Assembly (NCBI GenBank): GCA_963846365.1 | Contig: CAWJVN010000008.1 | Coordinates: 120,072-184,071, forward strand | Reading direction: 5' to 3' | DNA length: 64,000 nt | Origin: an uncultured Chloroflexia bacterium | Lineage (GTDB): Bacteria; Chloroflexota; Dormibacteria; Aeolococcales; Aeolococcaceae | Shown here: positions 51,512-62,345 of the stretch, piece after piece | Position numbering within the stretch: position 1 is the first letter of the stretch | How the letters are laid out: each line of letters opens with the position of its first letter | Notes under the pieces: generated by a model | Told to the model about the DNA's origin: nothing | Database searches by the model: none | Seen by the model: only the letters and a program-made list of their open reading frames with translations | Translations under genes and position numbers: made by a program

Positions 51512-52612
51512 GTGAAGGAGATGGACCGCACCCTGGAGGGGAACGCGCGCATCAAGGTGGTGGGCGTCGGCGGCGGCGGCAGCAACGCCGTGAACCGGAT
51601 GATCCGCAGCAAGCTGCGCGGCGTCGAGTTCATCGCCGTCAACACCGACCTGCAGGCGCTGAACAGCAGCGAGGCGCCGATGAAGATGCACATCGGTCGC
51701 AAGCTCACCCGTGGCCTCGGCGCCGGCGGCAACCCCAGCGTCGGCCAGGACGCCGCCGAGGAGTCCCGCGAGGAGCTGCAGAAGTTGCTCGCCGACGCCG
51801 ACATGGTCTTCGTCACCGCCGGCATGGGCGGCGGCACCGGCACCGGCGCGGCCCCGGTCATCGCCGAGATCGTGCGCTCCCAGGGCGCCCTCACCATCGG
51901 GGTGGTCACCAAGCCCTTCCGCTTCGAGGGGGTTCGGCGGCAGAAGGCGGCCGAGGAGGGCATCGCCGGCCTCCAGTCCAAGGTCGACACCCTGATCACC
52001 ATCCCCAACGAGCGGCTGATGCAGGTCACCGACAAGAAGACCACCATCACCGACGCCTTCCGGATCGCCGACGACGTGCTCCGCCAGGGCGTCCAGGGCA
52101 TCTCCGACCTGATCACCTACCCGGGCCTGATCAACCTCGACTTCGCCGACGTGAAGACGATCATGTCCGGCCAGGGCGCGGCGCTGATGGGCATCGGCTT
52201 CGGCAGCGGCGACACCCGCGCCGCCGACGCCGCCCGCGACGCCGTGGCCAGCCCGCTGCTGGAGACCACGATCGCCGGCGCCAAGGGCATCCTCCTGAAC
52301 ATCACCGGCGGCAACGACCTCACCCTCTTCGAGGTGAACGAGGCCGCCCAGCTGGTCGCCGAGTCGGCCGACCCCGAGGCGCAGATCATCTTCGGAACGG
52401 TGATCGACGACCGCTCCAACGGCGAGGTGAAGATCACGGTGATCGCCACCGGCTTCGCCCCGCGCGAGGAGATCGCCGTCGCCAGCAGCCCCGCGTACGA
52501 GCCGGCGGCGCGGCAGTACTTCCAGACCGAGCGCGCGCCGGTGCCGGTGGCGCCGCCGAGCTACAGTGTCGACGACCTGGACATCCCCGCCTTCCTCCGC
52601 GACCGCCGCTAG
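51512..52612 (+). CDS. ftsZ: Cell division protein FtsZ
   Basis: [28 protein letters not shown]-terminal DIPAFLR. Confidence 0.98.
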   Translation: MKEMDRTLEGNARIKVVGVGGGGSNAVNRMIRSKLRGVEFIAVNTDLQALNSSEAPMKMHIGRKLTRGLGAGGNPSVGQDAAEESREELQKLLADADMVFVTAGMGGGTGTGAAPVIAEIVRSQGALTIGVVTKPFRFEGVRRQKAAEEGIAGLQSKVDTLITIPNERLMQVTDKKTTITDAFRIADDVLRQGVQGISDLITYPGLINLDFADVKTIMSGQGAALMGIGFGSGDTRAADAARDAVASPLLETTIAGAKGILLNITGGNDLTLFEVNEAAQLVAESADPEAQIIFGTVIDDRSNGEVKITVIATGFAPREEIAVASSPAYEPAARQYFQTERAPVPVAPPSYSVDDLDIPAFLRDRR

Positions 52613-52618
52613 GTCATT

Positions 52619-52648
52619 GCGGAGGTCCGGGACCCGCCGGACCTCCGC
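52619..52648 (+). terminator. Hairpin between ftsZ and nrdR
   Basis: 12-bp perfect stem GCGGAGGTCCGG/CCGGACCTCCGC; no U-tract. Confidence 0.45.
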
Positions 52649-52657
52649 CTGCCCGTC

Positions 52658-53195
52658 ATGAGATGCCCCTACTGCGCGCACGGCGACTCCAAGGTGGTCG
52701 AACTCGCGCGACTCGGAGACGGGGGAGGCGATCCGCCGGCGGCGCGAGTGCCTCGCGTGCAAGCGCCGCTTCACCACCTACGAGCGGGTGGAGTTGGTCC
52801 CTCTCTACGTGGTGAAGAAGGACGGGCGCCGCGAGGAGTTCGAGCGCCGCAAGCTGCTCGGCGGCCTGCTCACCGCCACCAAGAAGCGCGAGGTGGCGCC
52901 GTCGCGCCTCGAGGCGCTGGTCGAGGAGATCGAGAACGCCCTCCGCGGACGCGGCAGCACCGAGATCCCGAGCCGCGAGCTCGGTGAGCTGGTGATGGAG
53001 CGGCTGCGCGACATCGACGAGATCGCCTACGTGCGATTCGCCTCGGTGTACCGGTCCTTCAAGGACATGAGCGACATGCGTGCGACCATCGAACAGCTCC
53101 TCTCCCAGCCCCCCGGCACCCGGCGCCCCGAGCCGCGCCGTCCCCGCCCCGCCCGGCCCGGAGAGACCGAGCTGACCCTGGACCTGGGGAAGTAG
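52658..53195 (+). pseudogene. nrdR: Transcriptional repressor NrdR with +1 frameshift (or sequencing error)
   Basis: MRCPYCAHGDSKVV; removing one A at 52701-52702 gives DSRDSETGEAIRRRRECLACKRRFTTYERVE..KKDG..AYVRFASVY. Confidence 0.85.
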
Positions 53196-53359
53196 CTCCA
53201 GGGCAGCCCGGTGACCGCTCGCCGGTGCACTCATCGACGCGTTCGACGCGACGCCGCAACGGCGCTGTGACATCGCGGTCACGAGGCCGCCGAGCGGCGC
53301 GGACCGGCCCTCTCCCCGCGCCACCCTGAGGGTGGGAACGGCATCGCGGAGGAAGCGGG

Positions 53360-53479
53360 ATGGACTTCACGGCACAGCTCGGCAACACCCTGTACAACCG
53401 GGTGCTGGTGCTGGTGGTGGCCTGGGCGGGCCTGGCCGTGGTGGGTGTCTCCGGGATCACCTCGGCCCACATCGGCTGA
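53360..53479 (+). CDS. Small membrane protein (39 aa), not in ORF track
   Basis: GGAGG SD; MDFTAQLGNTLYNRVLVLVVAWAGLAVVGVSGITSAHIG; one TM helix; GC-typical third positions. Confidence 0.6.
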   Translation: MDFTAQLGNTLYNRVLVLVVAWAGLAVVGVSGITSAHIG

Positions 53480-53700
53480 GCCTCCGCGCCGGACGGTCCC
53501 ACCACCCCGCCGCGGGCGCCCGGGACAGTCGCACCAGTCCGACCGCCCCTCTCCTCCGCCTCGCCCCAAGCGGCGGCGGCGGCGTTTGTGGGACACCGCC
53601 GTAGCCCGGAGCGCGGTCCACTCCCAAGACTGTGAGCACTGGCTGAGAGCATCGTGTGCACGCCGGTGCTGCGGGGGCCGGTGGAGACGAGGGAGGCGCC

Positions 53701-55326
53701 ATGGCCGTCCAGACCGAACGCGCTCTGTGGCAACAGAAGATCGACGTCGAGCGGGTGAAGCGCGAGGGTCTCGACGTCGACCTCGACCGCCTCGAGCGCG
53801 AGGGCTACGAGAGCCTGACCGCCGAGGAGTTCTACCGGCTGAAGACCTGGGGGGTGTGCAGCCAGCGCACGCCCGGGCTGCACATGGTCCGGGTCCGGGT
53901 GCCCGGGGGTCGCATCGAGGCCGGTCAGCTGCGCGCCGTCGCCGCCCTCTCCGAGCGGCTCGCCGACGGCGAGGCGCACATCACCACCCGCCAGAACCTC
54001 GAGCTCCACTCGGTGCCGAGCAGGAAGGTGCGCCAGGTGCTCGACGGGGTGGTGGAGCTGGGCCTGGTCACCCGCTCGGCGTGCGGCCACACGGTGCGCA
54101 ACATCGTCGGCTGCTCGCGCTCCGGGGTCTGCGCCGCGGAGCCGTTCGAGACCCGGCCCACCGTGGTCGCCATCCACGACTTCTTCTTCCAGAACGCGGC
54201 CCGCTACAACTCCAGCCTGCCCCGCCGGCTCAACGTCTACGTCGCCGGCTGTGACGGGTGCATGGCCCACGCCCAGGTCAACGACCTGGGCTTCGTCGGC
54301 ACCACCCGCGACGGCGCCCCCGGCTTCCAGCTCTGGCTGGGCGGCTCGCTGGCGTCGAGCCCCCGCCTCGCCCACCTGCTCTTCGACTTCGTGCCCGTCG
54401 ACGAGGTGCTCGCGGTCACCGAGGCGGTCGCCGACACCTACTGCGCCAACGGCTTCCGCGACCGTCCCGCCAAGGCCCGGCTCAAGTTCCTCGTCGAGGA
54501 GTGGGGTGGGGAGCGGTTCACCGCCGCCGTGATGGAGCGGCTGCGCGAGCTGCGCCCGGACAGCGGGGTGAGCGCCGGCACCACCGCCGAGGTGATGGGC
54601 GGTGACCGCCGGCCGCAGGGCGCCCACGCCGGGGTCGCGCCGCAGCGCCAGGAGGGGCTCTTCATGGTCGAGGCGCACGTGCCCCTCGGCGACCTCACCG
54701 GCTGGCAGATCGAGACCCTGGCCGGGCTCGCCACCGAGTTCGGCGACGGCGCCCTCTACCTCACCAAGGAGCAGAACGTCGAGCTTCACGACATCGCCGC
54801 CGGCGACGGCGACCGGGTCTGCGACGCGCTCGCCACCGTCGGCCTGCCCGCGCGGGGCGCAGGCAGCCTGGTCGACGTGCAGGTGTGCGCCGGCAGCGAG
54901 TGGTGTGTCTGGGGCGTCGGCGACTCCCGCGGCCTGGCCCGCACCATGGAGCGCGAGCTGGCGCCGATCGTCGAGGCCGAGGCCGGCGCCGAGCCGCTCC
55001 GCGTCCACATCTCCGGCTGCTCGCACGGCTGCGCCCAGCACGCCGCCGCCGACGTCGGGCTCCACGCCGTCGCCATGCGCGACGCCGAGAGGCCGGTCGA
55101 CGGCTACGAGGTCTTCGTCGGCGGCCGTCTCGGCCACGACCCGGTCACCGCGCGCCGGGTCGGCCGGGTGATCGGCGAGCGGGCGGGGACGGCGACCACC
55201 GGCATCATCGTCCGCTACCTCCGCGAGCGCCTCCCCGGCGAGGCGATGCCCGAGTTCGTCGAGCGCGTCGGCAGGGAGAGCCTCCAGCCCTCCGGCGCCG
55301 CCGAGGAGGACGGCGAGGCCGGGTAG
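53701..55326 (+). CDS. Ferredoxin-type siroheme sulfite/nitrite reductase (Sir/NirA)
   Basis: MVRVRVPGG, ITTRQNLE, ACGHTVRN, LPRR, KARLKFL, CAGSEWC..SGCSHGC; GGGAGG SD. Confidence 0.88.
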   Translation: MAVQTERALWQQKIDVERVKREGLDVDLDRLEREGYESLTAEEFYRLKTWGVCSQRTPGLHMVRVRVPGGRIEAGQLRAVAALSERLADGEAHITTRQNLELHSVPSRKVRQVLDGVVELGLVTRSACGHTVRNIVGCSRSGVCAAEPFETRPTVVAIHDFFFQNAARYNSSLPRRLNVYVAGCDGCMAHAQVNDLGFVGTTRDGAPGFQLWLGGSLASSPRLAHLLFDFVPVDEVLAVTEAVADTYCANGFRDRPAKARLKFLVEEWGGERFTAAVMERLRELRPDSGVSAGTTAEVMGGDRRPQGAHAGVAPQRQEGLFMVEAHVPLGDLTGWQIETLAGLATEFGDGALYLTKEQNVELHDIAAGDGDRVCDALATVGLPARGAGSLVDVQVCAGSEWCVWGVGDSRGLARTMERELAPIVEAEAGAEPLRVHISGCSHGCAQHAAADVGLHAVAMRDAERPVDGYEVFVGGRLGHDPVTARRVGRVIGERAGTATTGIIVRYLRERLPGEAMPEFVERVGRESLQPSGAAEEDGEAG

Positions 55327-55378
55327 CCCGGCACCGCTCCGCGAGCCCGGGCCGGCGCGGGCGCGTCAGACTCCGGGG

Positions 55379-56101
55379 ATGCCCTCCACCGCCGACGCCG
55401 TGGCCGCCGCCCGGGAGCGGATCGCCGCCGCCGCGGAGCGGGCCGGGCGCGAGCCCGCCTCGGTGCGCCTCGTCGCCGTCTCCAAGACGGTCGCCGCCGC
55501 GCGGGTCGCCGAGGCGGTGGCCGCGGGGGTGACCGATCTCGGCGAGAACCGGGTCCAGGAGGCGGCGGCGAAGCGGCCGCAGCTGCCCGACGGGGTGCGC
55601 TGGCACATGGTCGGGCACCTCCAGACCAACAAGGCGGCACGGGCGGCGGCCACCTTCGCGGTGGTCCACTCCGTCGACAGCGTCCGGCTCGCCGAGGCCC
55701 TGGCGGCGCGGCGGCCGGCCGAGCTCGGCGACCTCGAGGTGCTGCTCGAGGTGGAGCTCACCGGCCTGCCGGGGCACACCGGGCTCGCCCCCGCGGGCCT
55801 GGGGGAGGCGGTGACCGCGATCGCCGGGCTCGGCGGGCTGCGCCTCCGCGGCCTCATGACCATGGCCCCACCGGTGGCCGACCCGGAGGAGGCACGGCCG
55901 GTCTTCGCCGCGCTGCGCCGGATGCGCGACGAGCTGGAGCAGCGCTGGGGCGGCGCCCTGCCCGAGCTGAGCATGGGGATGAGCGGCGACTTCGAGGTCG
56001 CGGTCGAGGAGGGGGCGACCGCGGTCCGGCTGGGTCGCGCGATCTTCGGAGAGCGGCCGCCCCGGGCCCCCGCCGGCGCCGGGGCGGCGGGGTCGGCCTG
56101 A
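55379..56101 (+). CDS. yggS: PLP homeostasis protein YggS
   Basis: [51 protein letters not shown]. Confidence 0.96.
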   Translation: MPSTADAVAAARERIAAAAERAGREPASVRLVAVSKTVAAARVAEAVAAGVTDLGENRVQEAAAKRPQLPDGVRWHMVGHLQTNKAARAAATFAVVHSVDSVRLAEALAARRPAELGDLEVLLEVELTGLPGHTGLAPAGLGEAVTAIAGLGGLRLRGLMTMAPPVADPEEARPVFAALRRMRDELEQRWGGALPELSMGMSGDFEVAVEEGATAVRLGRAIFGERPPRAPAGAGAAGSA

Positions 56102-56162
56102 CCGCCCGCCCGAGCCTCCATACTCCGTTTGGCCGCCGCGCCTCCCTCATACACTGACACCG

Positions 56163-59078
56163 ATGCCACGATTCACTCCCGTCCCGTCCCGTGCCGGCCT
56201 CGCCGAGGGAGAGCGCGAGGTGCTCTCCTTCTGGAAGGAGGCGGACGTGTTCCGGCGCACCCTCGAGCGCCGCGAGGGGGCTCCGCCCTTCGTCTTCTAC
56301 GAGGGGCCGCCGACCGCGAACGGCCGGCCGGGCATCCACCACGTGCTCACCCGCGCGTTCAAGGACCTCTTCCCCCGCTACCGCCAGATGGCCGGCTTCC
56401 AGGTCGACCGCAAGGCGGGCTGGGACACCCACGGCCTGCCGGTGGAGCTGGAGATCGAGCGCAAGCTGGGGATCAGCGGGAAGCGGCAGATCGAGGAGTA
56501 CGGCGTCGACCGCTTCAACGCCCTCTGCAGGGCGTCGGTGAGCGAGTACATCGACGACTGGGAGGCGATGACCGAGCGCCTCGGCTTCTGGCTCGACATG
56601 GAGCACCCCTACCGCACCTACGACAGCACCTACATCGAGTCGGTGTGGTGGAGCCTGAAGCGCATCTGGGACGCGGGCCTGCTCGAGCAGGACTACAAGG
56701 TGGTGCCCTACTGCCCCCGCTGCCAGACCTCGCTGAGCTCGCACGAGCTGAGCCAGGGCTACCGCGACCACGTCCCCGACCCGTCCGTGTACGTGAAGTT
56801 CCGGCTCACCGGCGAGCAGGGCGACGTCTCGCTGCTCGCCTGGACGACGACGCCGTGGACCCTCCCCGGCAACGTCGCCGTCGCGGTCCACCCGGACGAG
56901 ACCTACGTGCGAGTGCGCACCGGGAGCGGCGACGTGATCCTCGCCGAGAAGCGGCTCGAGGTGCTGCACGGCGAGGGCGAGGTGGTCGAGCACATCGCCG
57001 GCTCCGCCCTCGTCGACCGGACCTACGAGCCGCTGTTCACCGAGATGCTCCCCGAGGGCCGCGCCTTCGTCGTGCTCTCGGCGCCGCAGCTGGTGTCGAT
57101 GGACGACGGCACCGGGATCGTCCACACCGCCGCCGCCTACGGCGAGGCCGACCTCGAGCTCTGCCGCAGGGCGGGGGTCGCGATCCGCCACGTGGTCGGG
57201 CTCGACGGCTGCTTCCTCCCCGAGCACGCCCGCTACGGCGGCCTCTTCGTCAAGGCCGCCGACCCCCGGATCGTCGAGGACCTGCGCGAGGCCGGCCGCC
57301 TCCACCGGGCGGAGGTCATCGAGCACACCTACCCGTTCTGCTGGCGCTGCGACTCGCCGCTCATCTACTACGCGCTCACGTCGTGGTTCATCCGCACCAC
57401 CGCGGTGAAGCAGCAGCTGCTCGAGCACAACCGCAGCGTCGCCTGGCAGCCGCCCCACATTCGCGACGGCCGGATGGGCAACTGGCTCGAGAACCTGGTC
57501 GACTGGAACGTCTCGCGCAGCCGCTACTGGGGCACGCCGCTGCCGATCTGGATCTGCGAGGGCTGCGGTGCGCAGCGCTGCGTGGGCTCGACCGCCGAGG
57601 TGGGCCTGACCGTCGACGACGACCTCCACAAGCCGTTCATCGACGAGGTGGTCCTCGCCTGCGAGGCCTGCGGCGGGGAGATGCGGCGCTGTCCCGACGT
57701 CATCGACTGCTGGTACGACAGCGGCGCCATGCCCTTCGCGCAGTGGCACTACCCCTTCGAGAACGTCGAGCGGTTCGAGGAGCGCCACCCCGCCGACTTC
57801 ATCTGCGAGGCCATCGACCAGACCCGCGGATGGTTCTTCACCCTGCTCGCCGAGAGCACCCTGCTCTTCGACAGGCCGGCGTATCGGAACGTCATCTGCC
57901 TCAGCCACGTGGTCGACAAGCGCGGCAAGAAGATGTCGAAGTCGCGCGGCAACATCATCAACCCCTCCGAGCTCTTCGACCAGTTCGGGGCCGACGCCAC
58001 CCGCTGGTACTTCTACACCAGCGTGACCGCGGGCAGCGAGTACCGGGTCGCCCCGGAGCTGATCCAGGAGGTGGTGCGGCGCTTCATCCTCACCCTCTGG
58101 AACGTCTACAAGTTCTTCGTCGACTACGCGGAGATCGACGGCTTCGATCCCGCCGCGCCGGCGCCGCCGGTGCCGGGACGGCCGGTGCTCGACCGCTGGG
58201 TGCTGGCCCGCCTCGCCCAGGGTGTCGACGGCGTCCGCGCCGCCCTCGACGCCTACGACGCCACCGACGCCTCGCGGGTCATCGAGGGCTTCGTCGAGGA
58301 CGTCTCGAAGTGGTACGTGCGCCGCTCCCGCCGCCGCTTCTGGAAGACCGACAGCGACGACGACGACAAGCGCTCCGCCTACGCCACCCTCTTCACCGTC
58401 CTCGACACCCTGTCGCGGCTGCTGGCGCCGTTCATGCCCTTCCTCGCCGAGCGCATCTACCGCAATCTCAACGGGCTCACGGGCGACCAGCCGCCGATGG
58501 AGGGGGTCGCCGGCTCGGTCCACCTCACCGACTACCCGGTGGCCCCGGCGGTGATGCGCGACCCCGAGGTGATCGCCGAGATGGCCCGGCTGCGCCGCCT
58601 CGTCGAGGAGGGCCTGGCGGCACGCGAGACCGCCAGGATCAAGGTGCGCCAGCCGCTGGCCGGGGCCACGGTGCTGGGCGCGCCCCTCGACCCCGAGCTG
58701 GAGGCGATCTTCGCCGAGGAGCTCAACGTCAAGGCGGTCGGCTACACCCCCCGCGAGGGCGACCACGAGGGCGTGGTCCTCGACACCGAGCTCACCGACG
58801 AGCTTCGCCGCGAGGGGATGATCCGCGAGCTGAGCCGCAAGGTGAACGAGCTGCGCAAGCAGGCGGGCCTCGCCCTCGACGACCGCATCACCCTCGACGT
58901 CGACACCGACGGCGAGCTGCGCCGCGCCGTCGAGGCCCACCGCGAGCACCTCGAGCGCGAGACCCTCGCCACCCGGATCGTGGTCCGCGACGGCGAGAAC
59001 CCGGACCGGGACGGCGTCCTCGCCGAGTGGGAGGGCAGCGTCGCCGGCCAGCACGTCCGGCTGGGGGTGGGGCGCTGA
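56163..59078 (+). CDS. ileS: Isoleucine--tRNA ligase (type 2)
   Basis: [55 protein letters not shown]. Confidence 0.97.
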   Translation: MPRFTPVPSRAGLAEGEREVLSFWKEADVFRRTLERREGAPPFVFYEGPPTANGRPGIHHVLTRAFKDLFPRYRQMAGFQVDRKAGWDTHGLPVELEIERKLGISGKRQIEEYGVDRFNALCRASVSEYIDDWEAMTERLGFWLDMEHPYRTYDSTYIESVWWSLKRIWDAGLLEQDYKVVPYCPRCQTSLSSHELSQGYRDHVPDPSVYVKFRLTGEQGDVSLLAWTTTPWTLPGNVAVAVHPDETYVRVRTGSGDVILAEKRLEVLHGEGEVVEHIAGSALVDRTYEPLFTEMLPEGRAFVVLSAPQLVSMDDGTGIVHTAAAYGEADLELCRRAGVAIRHVVGLDGCFLPEHARYGGLFVKAADPRIVEDLREAGRLHRAEVIEHTYPFCWRCDSPLIYYALTSWFIRTTAVKQQLLEHNRSVAWQPPHIRDGRMGNWLENLVDWNVSRSRYWGTPLPIWICEGCGAQRCVGSTAEVGLTVDDDLHKPFIDEVVLACEACGGEMRRCPDVIDCWYDSGAMPFAQWHYPFENVERFEERHPADFICEAIDQTRGWFFTLLAESTLLFDRPAYRNVICLSHVVDKRGKKMSKSRGNIINPSELFDQFGADATRWYFYTSVTAGSEYRVAPELIQEVVRRFILTLWNVYKFFVDYAEIDGFDPAAPAPPVPGRPVLDRWVLARLAQGVDGVRAALDAYDATDASRVIEGFVEDVSKWYVRRSRRRFWKTDSDDDDKRSAYATLFTVLDTLSRLLAPFMPFLAERIYRNLNGLTGDQPPMEGVAGSVHLTDYPVAPAVMRDPEVIAEMARLRRLVEEGLAARETARIKVRQPLAGATVLGAPLDPELEAIFAEELNVKAVGYTPREGDHEGVVLDTELTDELRREGMIRELSRKVNELRKQAGLALDDRITLDVDTDGELRRAVEAHREHLERETLATRIVVRDGENPDRDGVLAEWEGSVAGQHVRLGVGR

Positions 59079-59569
59079 GCACCGGGGGACGGGCCGCCGG
59101 CTCGCCCTGGCGCGGCCTCTCGATCCTGCTCGGCGCGGCCCTCGTGGTGTTCGCCGTCGACCACCTCACCAAGTGGCTGGTGGTGCGCGACATCGCCTAC
59201 GGCGACCAGGTGCCGGCGACCGGCCCGATCACCATCCACCACATCCACAACAGCGGTGCCGCCTTCGGGCTCTTCCCCGGCTTCCAGGCGGCCTTCCTGG
59301 TGGTGGCCCTGGTGGTGAGCGTGTACATCCTGGTGGTAGGGCACCGCGCCGGCAACGGCGTGCTCACCCAGGTCACCCTCGGCGCGGTGCTCGGCGGCGC
59401 CGCCGCCAACGCCGTCGACCGGGTCCGTCAGGGCTACGTCGTCGACTTCGTCGACCTCCACCGCTGGCCGGTCTTCAACGTCGCCGACGCCGCCATCGTC
59501 GTCGGCATCCTGATCACCGCGATCACCCTGAGCCGGCGTCCCGCCAGTGCCGGCGAGCACGCCCGGTGA
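59075..59569 (+). CDS. lspA: Lipoprotein signal peptidase; CTG start proposed
   Basis: DHLTK, NSGAAFG, GGAAANAVDR, VVDF, PVFNVAD. Confidence 0.9.
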   Translation: MSTGGRAAGSPWRGLSILLGAALVVFAVDHLTKWLVVRDIAYGDQVPATGPITIHHIHNSGAAFGLFPGFQAAFLVVALVVSVYILVVGHRAGNGVLTQVTLGAVLGGAAANAVDRVRQGYVVDFVDLHRWPVFNVADAAIVVGILITAITLSRRPASAGEHAR

Positions 59570-60492
59570 CCGTGGTGGTCGAGCCGCAGCCCGCCGGCGG
59601 AGCGCCCCCACCGCGCCTCGACCTCTGGATGGTGCGTGAGCGGGGGATCAGCCGCACCGCCGCCCGGGCGCTGATCGACGCCGGCCGGGTGCGCGTCGAC
59701 GGCCGCCCGGGCCGCCCCTCCCAGCGGATCGAGCCGGGTACGAGCGTGGAGGTTGCCGACGCCCCCGCCACCGCTCCGGTGCCGCTGCCGGCCGCGGCGG
59801 AGGGGGAGGAGGAGCTGCGGATCGTCCACGAGGACGAGTGGCTCGCGGTCATCGACAAGCCCGCCGGCCTGGTGGTCCACCCCGCCCCCGGCCATCCCAC
59901 CGGCACCCTCGCCGACGCCCTGCGCCGCCGCGGCGACACCTGGTCGACGGCCGCCGGCGAGGACCGTCCCGGCATCGTCCACCGACTCGACCGCTTCACC
60001 AGCGGCCTGCTGGTGGTGGCCAAGACCGAGGCCGCGCACCGGGCACTCTCCGCCCAGCTGGCCGGTCGCACCCTGGGGCGCAACTACTGGGCGATGGTCT
60101 GGGGCAGCCTCGCCGAGTCGAGCGGGGAGATCGTCGCCCCGATCGCCCGCGACCCGCGGCAGCGCCAGCGGATGGCGGTGGTCGACGGCGGCCGGGCGGC
60201 GCAGTCGGACTTCCAGGTGGTCGAGCGGCTCGCCGAGGCCACCGTCCTCGACGTCTCGCTGCGGAGTGGGCGCACCCACCAGATCCGCGTCCACCTCGCC
60301 TGGGTGGGCCGCCCCGTGGTCGGCGACCCGACCTACGGGCGCCGCGACGACCGCCACGCCGGCCGCCCCGCCCTCCACGCCCGCCGCCTCCGCCTCGTCC
60401 ACCCCGCCGACGGCGCCGAGCGGATCTACGAGGCCCCGCTCCCCGCCGACCTGGTCGACCTGCTCCAGCAGGCCCGCGAGGGCAGGTTGTGA
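59566..60492 (+). CDS. rluD: RluA/RluD pseudouridine synthase
   Basis: S4 domain, KPAGLVVHP, GIVHRLDRFTSG, GRTHQIRVH, GDPTYG, ALHA. Confidence 0.92.
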   Translation: MTVVVEPQPAGGAPPPRLDLWMVRERGISRTAARALIDAGRVRVDGRPGRPSQRIEPGTSVEVADAPATAPVPLPAAAEGEEELRIVHEDEWLAVIDKPAGLVVHPAPGHPTGTLADALRRRGDTWSTAAGEDRPGIVHRLDRFTSGLLVVAKTEAAHRALSAQLAGRTLGRNYWAMVWGSLAESSGEIVAPIARDPRQRQRMAVVDGGRAAQSDFQVVERLAEATVLDVSLRSGRTHQIRVHLAWVGRPVVGDPTYGRRDDRHAGRPALHARRLRLVHPADGAERIYEAPLPADLVDLLQQAREGRL

Positions 60493-61058
60493 ACGGGCGC
60501 GTCATCGTGCTCAGCGGGCCCAGCGGGGTGGGCAAGGACACCGTGCTCCACGCTCTCTTCGCCCGCGAGCCGCGGCTGCGCTACAGCATCTCGTACACCA
60601 CCCGGCCGCCGCGTCCCGGCGAGGTCGACGGCGTCTCCTACACCTTCGTCGACGAGCAGACCTTCCTCCGGCTCGAGCAGGCGGGCGAGTTCCTGGAGAC
60701 CGCTGTGGTCCACGGCAACCGCTACGGCACCTCGCGCCGGCGGGTGGAGGCGATGGTCGCCCAGGGCGAGCACGTGGTCCTCAAGATCGACGTGCAGGGG
60801 GCGTCGGCGGTGCGCGAGCGGCTCTCCGACGCCATCTTCATCTTCCTCCTGCCCCCCTCGATCGAGGTGCTCCGCCAGCGGCTGCGCGACCGCGGCACCG
60901 ATGACGACGACGCCCTCGCCCGTCGCGACGCCGACGCCGTCCGGGAGATGGCCGAGGCGGCCCGCTACGATCACCTCGTGGTCAACGACAGCGTCGAGCG
61001 CGCGGCGGGCCAGATCCTCGACATCGTTGAGGCCAGCTGTGGCGCCAACGCGGGCTGA
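60489..61058 (+). CDS. gmk: Guanylate kinase
   Basis: SGPSGVGKDT, TTRPPRPGEVDG, YGT, IDVQG. Confidence 0.96.
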   Translation: MNGRVIVLSGPSGVGKDTVLHALFAREPRLRYSISYTTRPPRPGEVDGVSYTFVDEQTFLRLEQAGEFLETAVVHGNRYGTSRRRVEAMVAQGEHVVLKIDVQGASAVRERLSDAIFIFLLPPSIEVLRQRLRDRGTDDDDALARRDADAVREMAEAARYDHLVVNDSVERAAGQILDIVEASCGANAG

Positions 61059-62289
61059 CCTGGCGGGCCGCCGGGTCGCCCTCTACGTCAGCGGCAGCAT
61101 CGCCGCCTACAAGGCCTGCGAGATCGTCACCCTGCTCCGCAGGCGGGGTGCGGAGGTGCGGGTGGCGATGACCCGTGGTGCGGTCCACTTCATCACCCCG
61201 ATGACCTTCCAGAGCCTCTCCGGCCACGCCGTCGCCGCGGACATCTGGGAGCCGGGGGAGGGGGGCCTCGCCGCCCACGGGATGGCCCACCTCGGCCTCG
61301 GCGGCTGGGCCGAGGTCCAGGTCGCCGCTCCCGCATCCGCCGACCTCTGCGCCCGCCTCGCCCTCGGCCTCGCCGACGACGCGGTCACCGCCACCGCGCT
61401 CGCCTGCGCGGCGCCGCTGCTGCTCGCCCCGGCGATGGAGACGCGGATGTGGGAGCACCCCGCCACCCGGGGGCACCTCGCCACCCTGCGCGGCCGCGGT
61501 GCGGTGGTGGTGGGCCCGCAGGCGGGGCGCCTGGCCAGCGGCGCGGAGGGCATGGGACGGATGGCCGAGCCCAACGGCGTGGTCGAGGCCTGCGCCGTTC
61601 TGCTCGGCGCCGGGGACGGCTCGCTCCCCCTGGCCGGACGCCGCCTGCTGGTCACCGCCGGCGGCACCCGCGAGCCGGTCGACCCGGTGCGCTACCTGGG
61701 CAACCGCAGCAGCGGACGGATGGGCAACTCGCTCGCCACCGAGGCGCTGGCGCTGGGGGCGTCGGTCACCCTGGTCACCACCCTGGCGCCGCCCGCCCTC
61801 CATCCCCGCCTCGCGGTGGTGGAGGTCGCCACCGCCGCGGAGATGCTCGACGCCGTCCGCGAGCACCTCGCCGGCGCTGACGTCCTGGTGATGGCCGCCG
61901 CGGTCGCCGACTACCGGCCCGCCGAGCCCTCGCCACACAAGCTGAAGAAGGGCGACACCGCCCTGCGCCTCGACCTCGTCCCCACCGCCGACATCCTCTG
62001 CGCGGTGCGCGACCGGGCCCGCGAGCTGAGGGTGATGGTGGTCGGCTTCGCCGCCGAGACCGACGACCTGCTCGACAACGCCCGCACCAAGCTCGAGCGC
62101 AAGGGCCTGGAGCTGATCGTCGCCAACGACGTCGCCACCGGCATGGGCGGCGAGGAGAACGCGGTGACCGTGCTCGGCCGCGAGGGCGTGGTCGCCGAGC
62201 TGACCCGCGCCCCCAAGCCCGAGGTCGCCCGGCGGGTCCTGGAGATCATCGCCGCCCGGTGGGCGGCGAGAGAGCCGGCGGCCGGCTGA
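61039..62289 (+). CDS. coaBC: Bifunctional phosphopantothenoylcysteine decarboxylase/synthetase
   Basis: SGSIAAYK, APAM, GRMAEP, TAGGTREPVDPVRYLGNRSSG.MG, AAVADY, GFAAET. Confidence 0.96.
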   Translation: MAPTRADLAGRRVALYVSGSIAAYKACEIVTLLRRRGAEVRVAMTRGAVHFITPMTFQSLSGHAVAADIWEPGEGGLAAHGMAHLGLGGWAEVQVAAPASADLCARLALGLADDAVTATALACAAPLLLAPAMETRMWEHPATRGHLATLRGRGAVVVGPQAGRLASGAEGMGRMAEPNGVVEACAVLLGAGDGSLPLAGRRLLVTAGGTREPVDPVRYLGNRSSGRMGNSLATEALALGASVTLVTTLAPPALHPRLAVVEVATAAEMLDAVREHLAGADVLVMAAAVADYRPAEPSPHKLKKGDTALRLDLVPTADILCAVRDRARELRVMVVGFAAETDDLLDNARTKLERKGLELIVANDVATGMGGEENAVTVLGREGVVAELTRAPKPEVARRVLEIIAARWAAREPAAG

Positions 62290-62345
62290 TCGGCCGTGGA
62301 TCGCCACCGGCCCTCGAACCCATGTTCGCCTGTCAGACTCCCCCC

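Noticed and set aside
53590-53700. Possible SAM or other riboswitch upstream of the sulfite/nitrite reductase, or upstream of metF
   Set aside because: No SAM-I, SAM-IV or SAH consensus found by eye; the metF-dehydrogenase intergenic region is only about 70 bp.
55854-59054. Very long antisense or alternate-frame ORFs (e.g. 1066 aa opposite ileS, 907 aa opposite lon, 922 aa opposite murD/ftsW)
   Set aside because: Shadow ORFs expected in very GC-rich DNA with few stop codons; they overlap well-conserved genes and show no motifs.
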